This document shows, piece by piece, positions 63,871-64,000 of a stretch of 64,000 nt of DNA. Location of the stretch: contig NC_042998.1 in the NCBI RefSeq assembly GCF_006345805.1, positions 177,816,001 to 177,880,000 on the forward strand. The letters run 5' to 3'. The stretch comes from Octopus sinensis (Eukaryota). The translations under genes were made by a program, and so were the position numbers. The notes under the pieces were generated by a model. It was not told where the DNA came from, searched no databases, and saw only the letters and a list, made by a program, of their open reading frames with translations. Each line of letters starts with the position of its first letter. Position 1 is the first letter of the stretch.

Positions 63871-64000
63871 TTTACTTGTTTCAATCATTAGACCATGGCC
63901 ATGCTGGAACATTGCTTTGAAGAATTTTTAGTTGAATGAATCAACCCTGGAACTTATTTGTTGTCATGTCTGGTGTTTGTTCTACCTCTTTTACCAAACT

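Noticed and set aside
1-64000. Most ORF-track entries (YIYI, CVCV, HTHT, SLSL runs)
   Set aside because: They are translations of dinucleotide microsatellites and SINE bodies

Overview
AT-rich, microsatellite-dense animal genomic DNA. The repeat families (CORE-type and other tRNA-derived SINEs, and RTE LINEs with a (GAT)n tail) look like those I recall from Octopus; this is an inference and no search was run. Only one host gene is securely recognisable: coding exon 1 of a DIP2 (disco-interacting protein 2) homologue on the minus strand (15604-15688). Its promoter carries a TCTCGCGAGA palindrome and a YY1 site, and its 5' leader has two uORFs. Bases 1-15603 are its first intron; I did not find exon 2 in the window. 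Most of the rest is transposon debris: RTE and R4-like LINE fragments, many SINEs, Tc1/mariner elements, hAT, piggyBac-like and pogo-like MITEs, a Helitron, and a Gypsy 3' LTR with its PPT and pol tail. The most striking unexplained structure is a composite insertion of about 720 bp (48506-49227). It consists of an RTE 3' tail plus two inverted copies of nearby genomic DNA, sitting in the (TA)n tract of a SINE, which suggests RT-associated local templated inversion-duplication. Smaller versions of this behaviour appear at 61222 and 39021. I found no secure evidence for a new protein-coding system; the other exon calls are low confidence. Repeat boundaries are approximate unless TIR or TSD bases are quoted.
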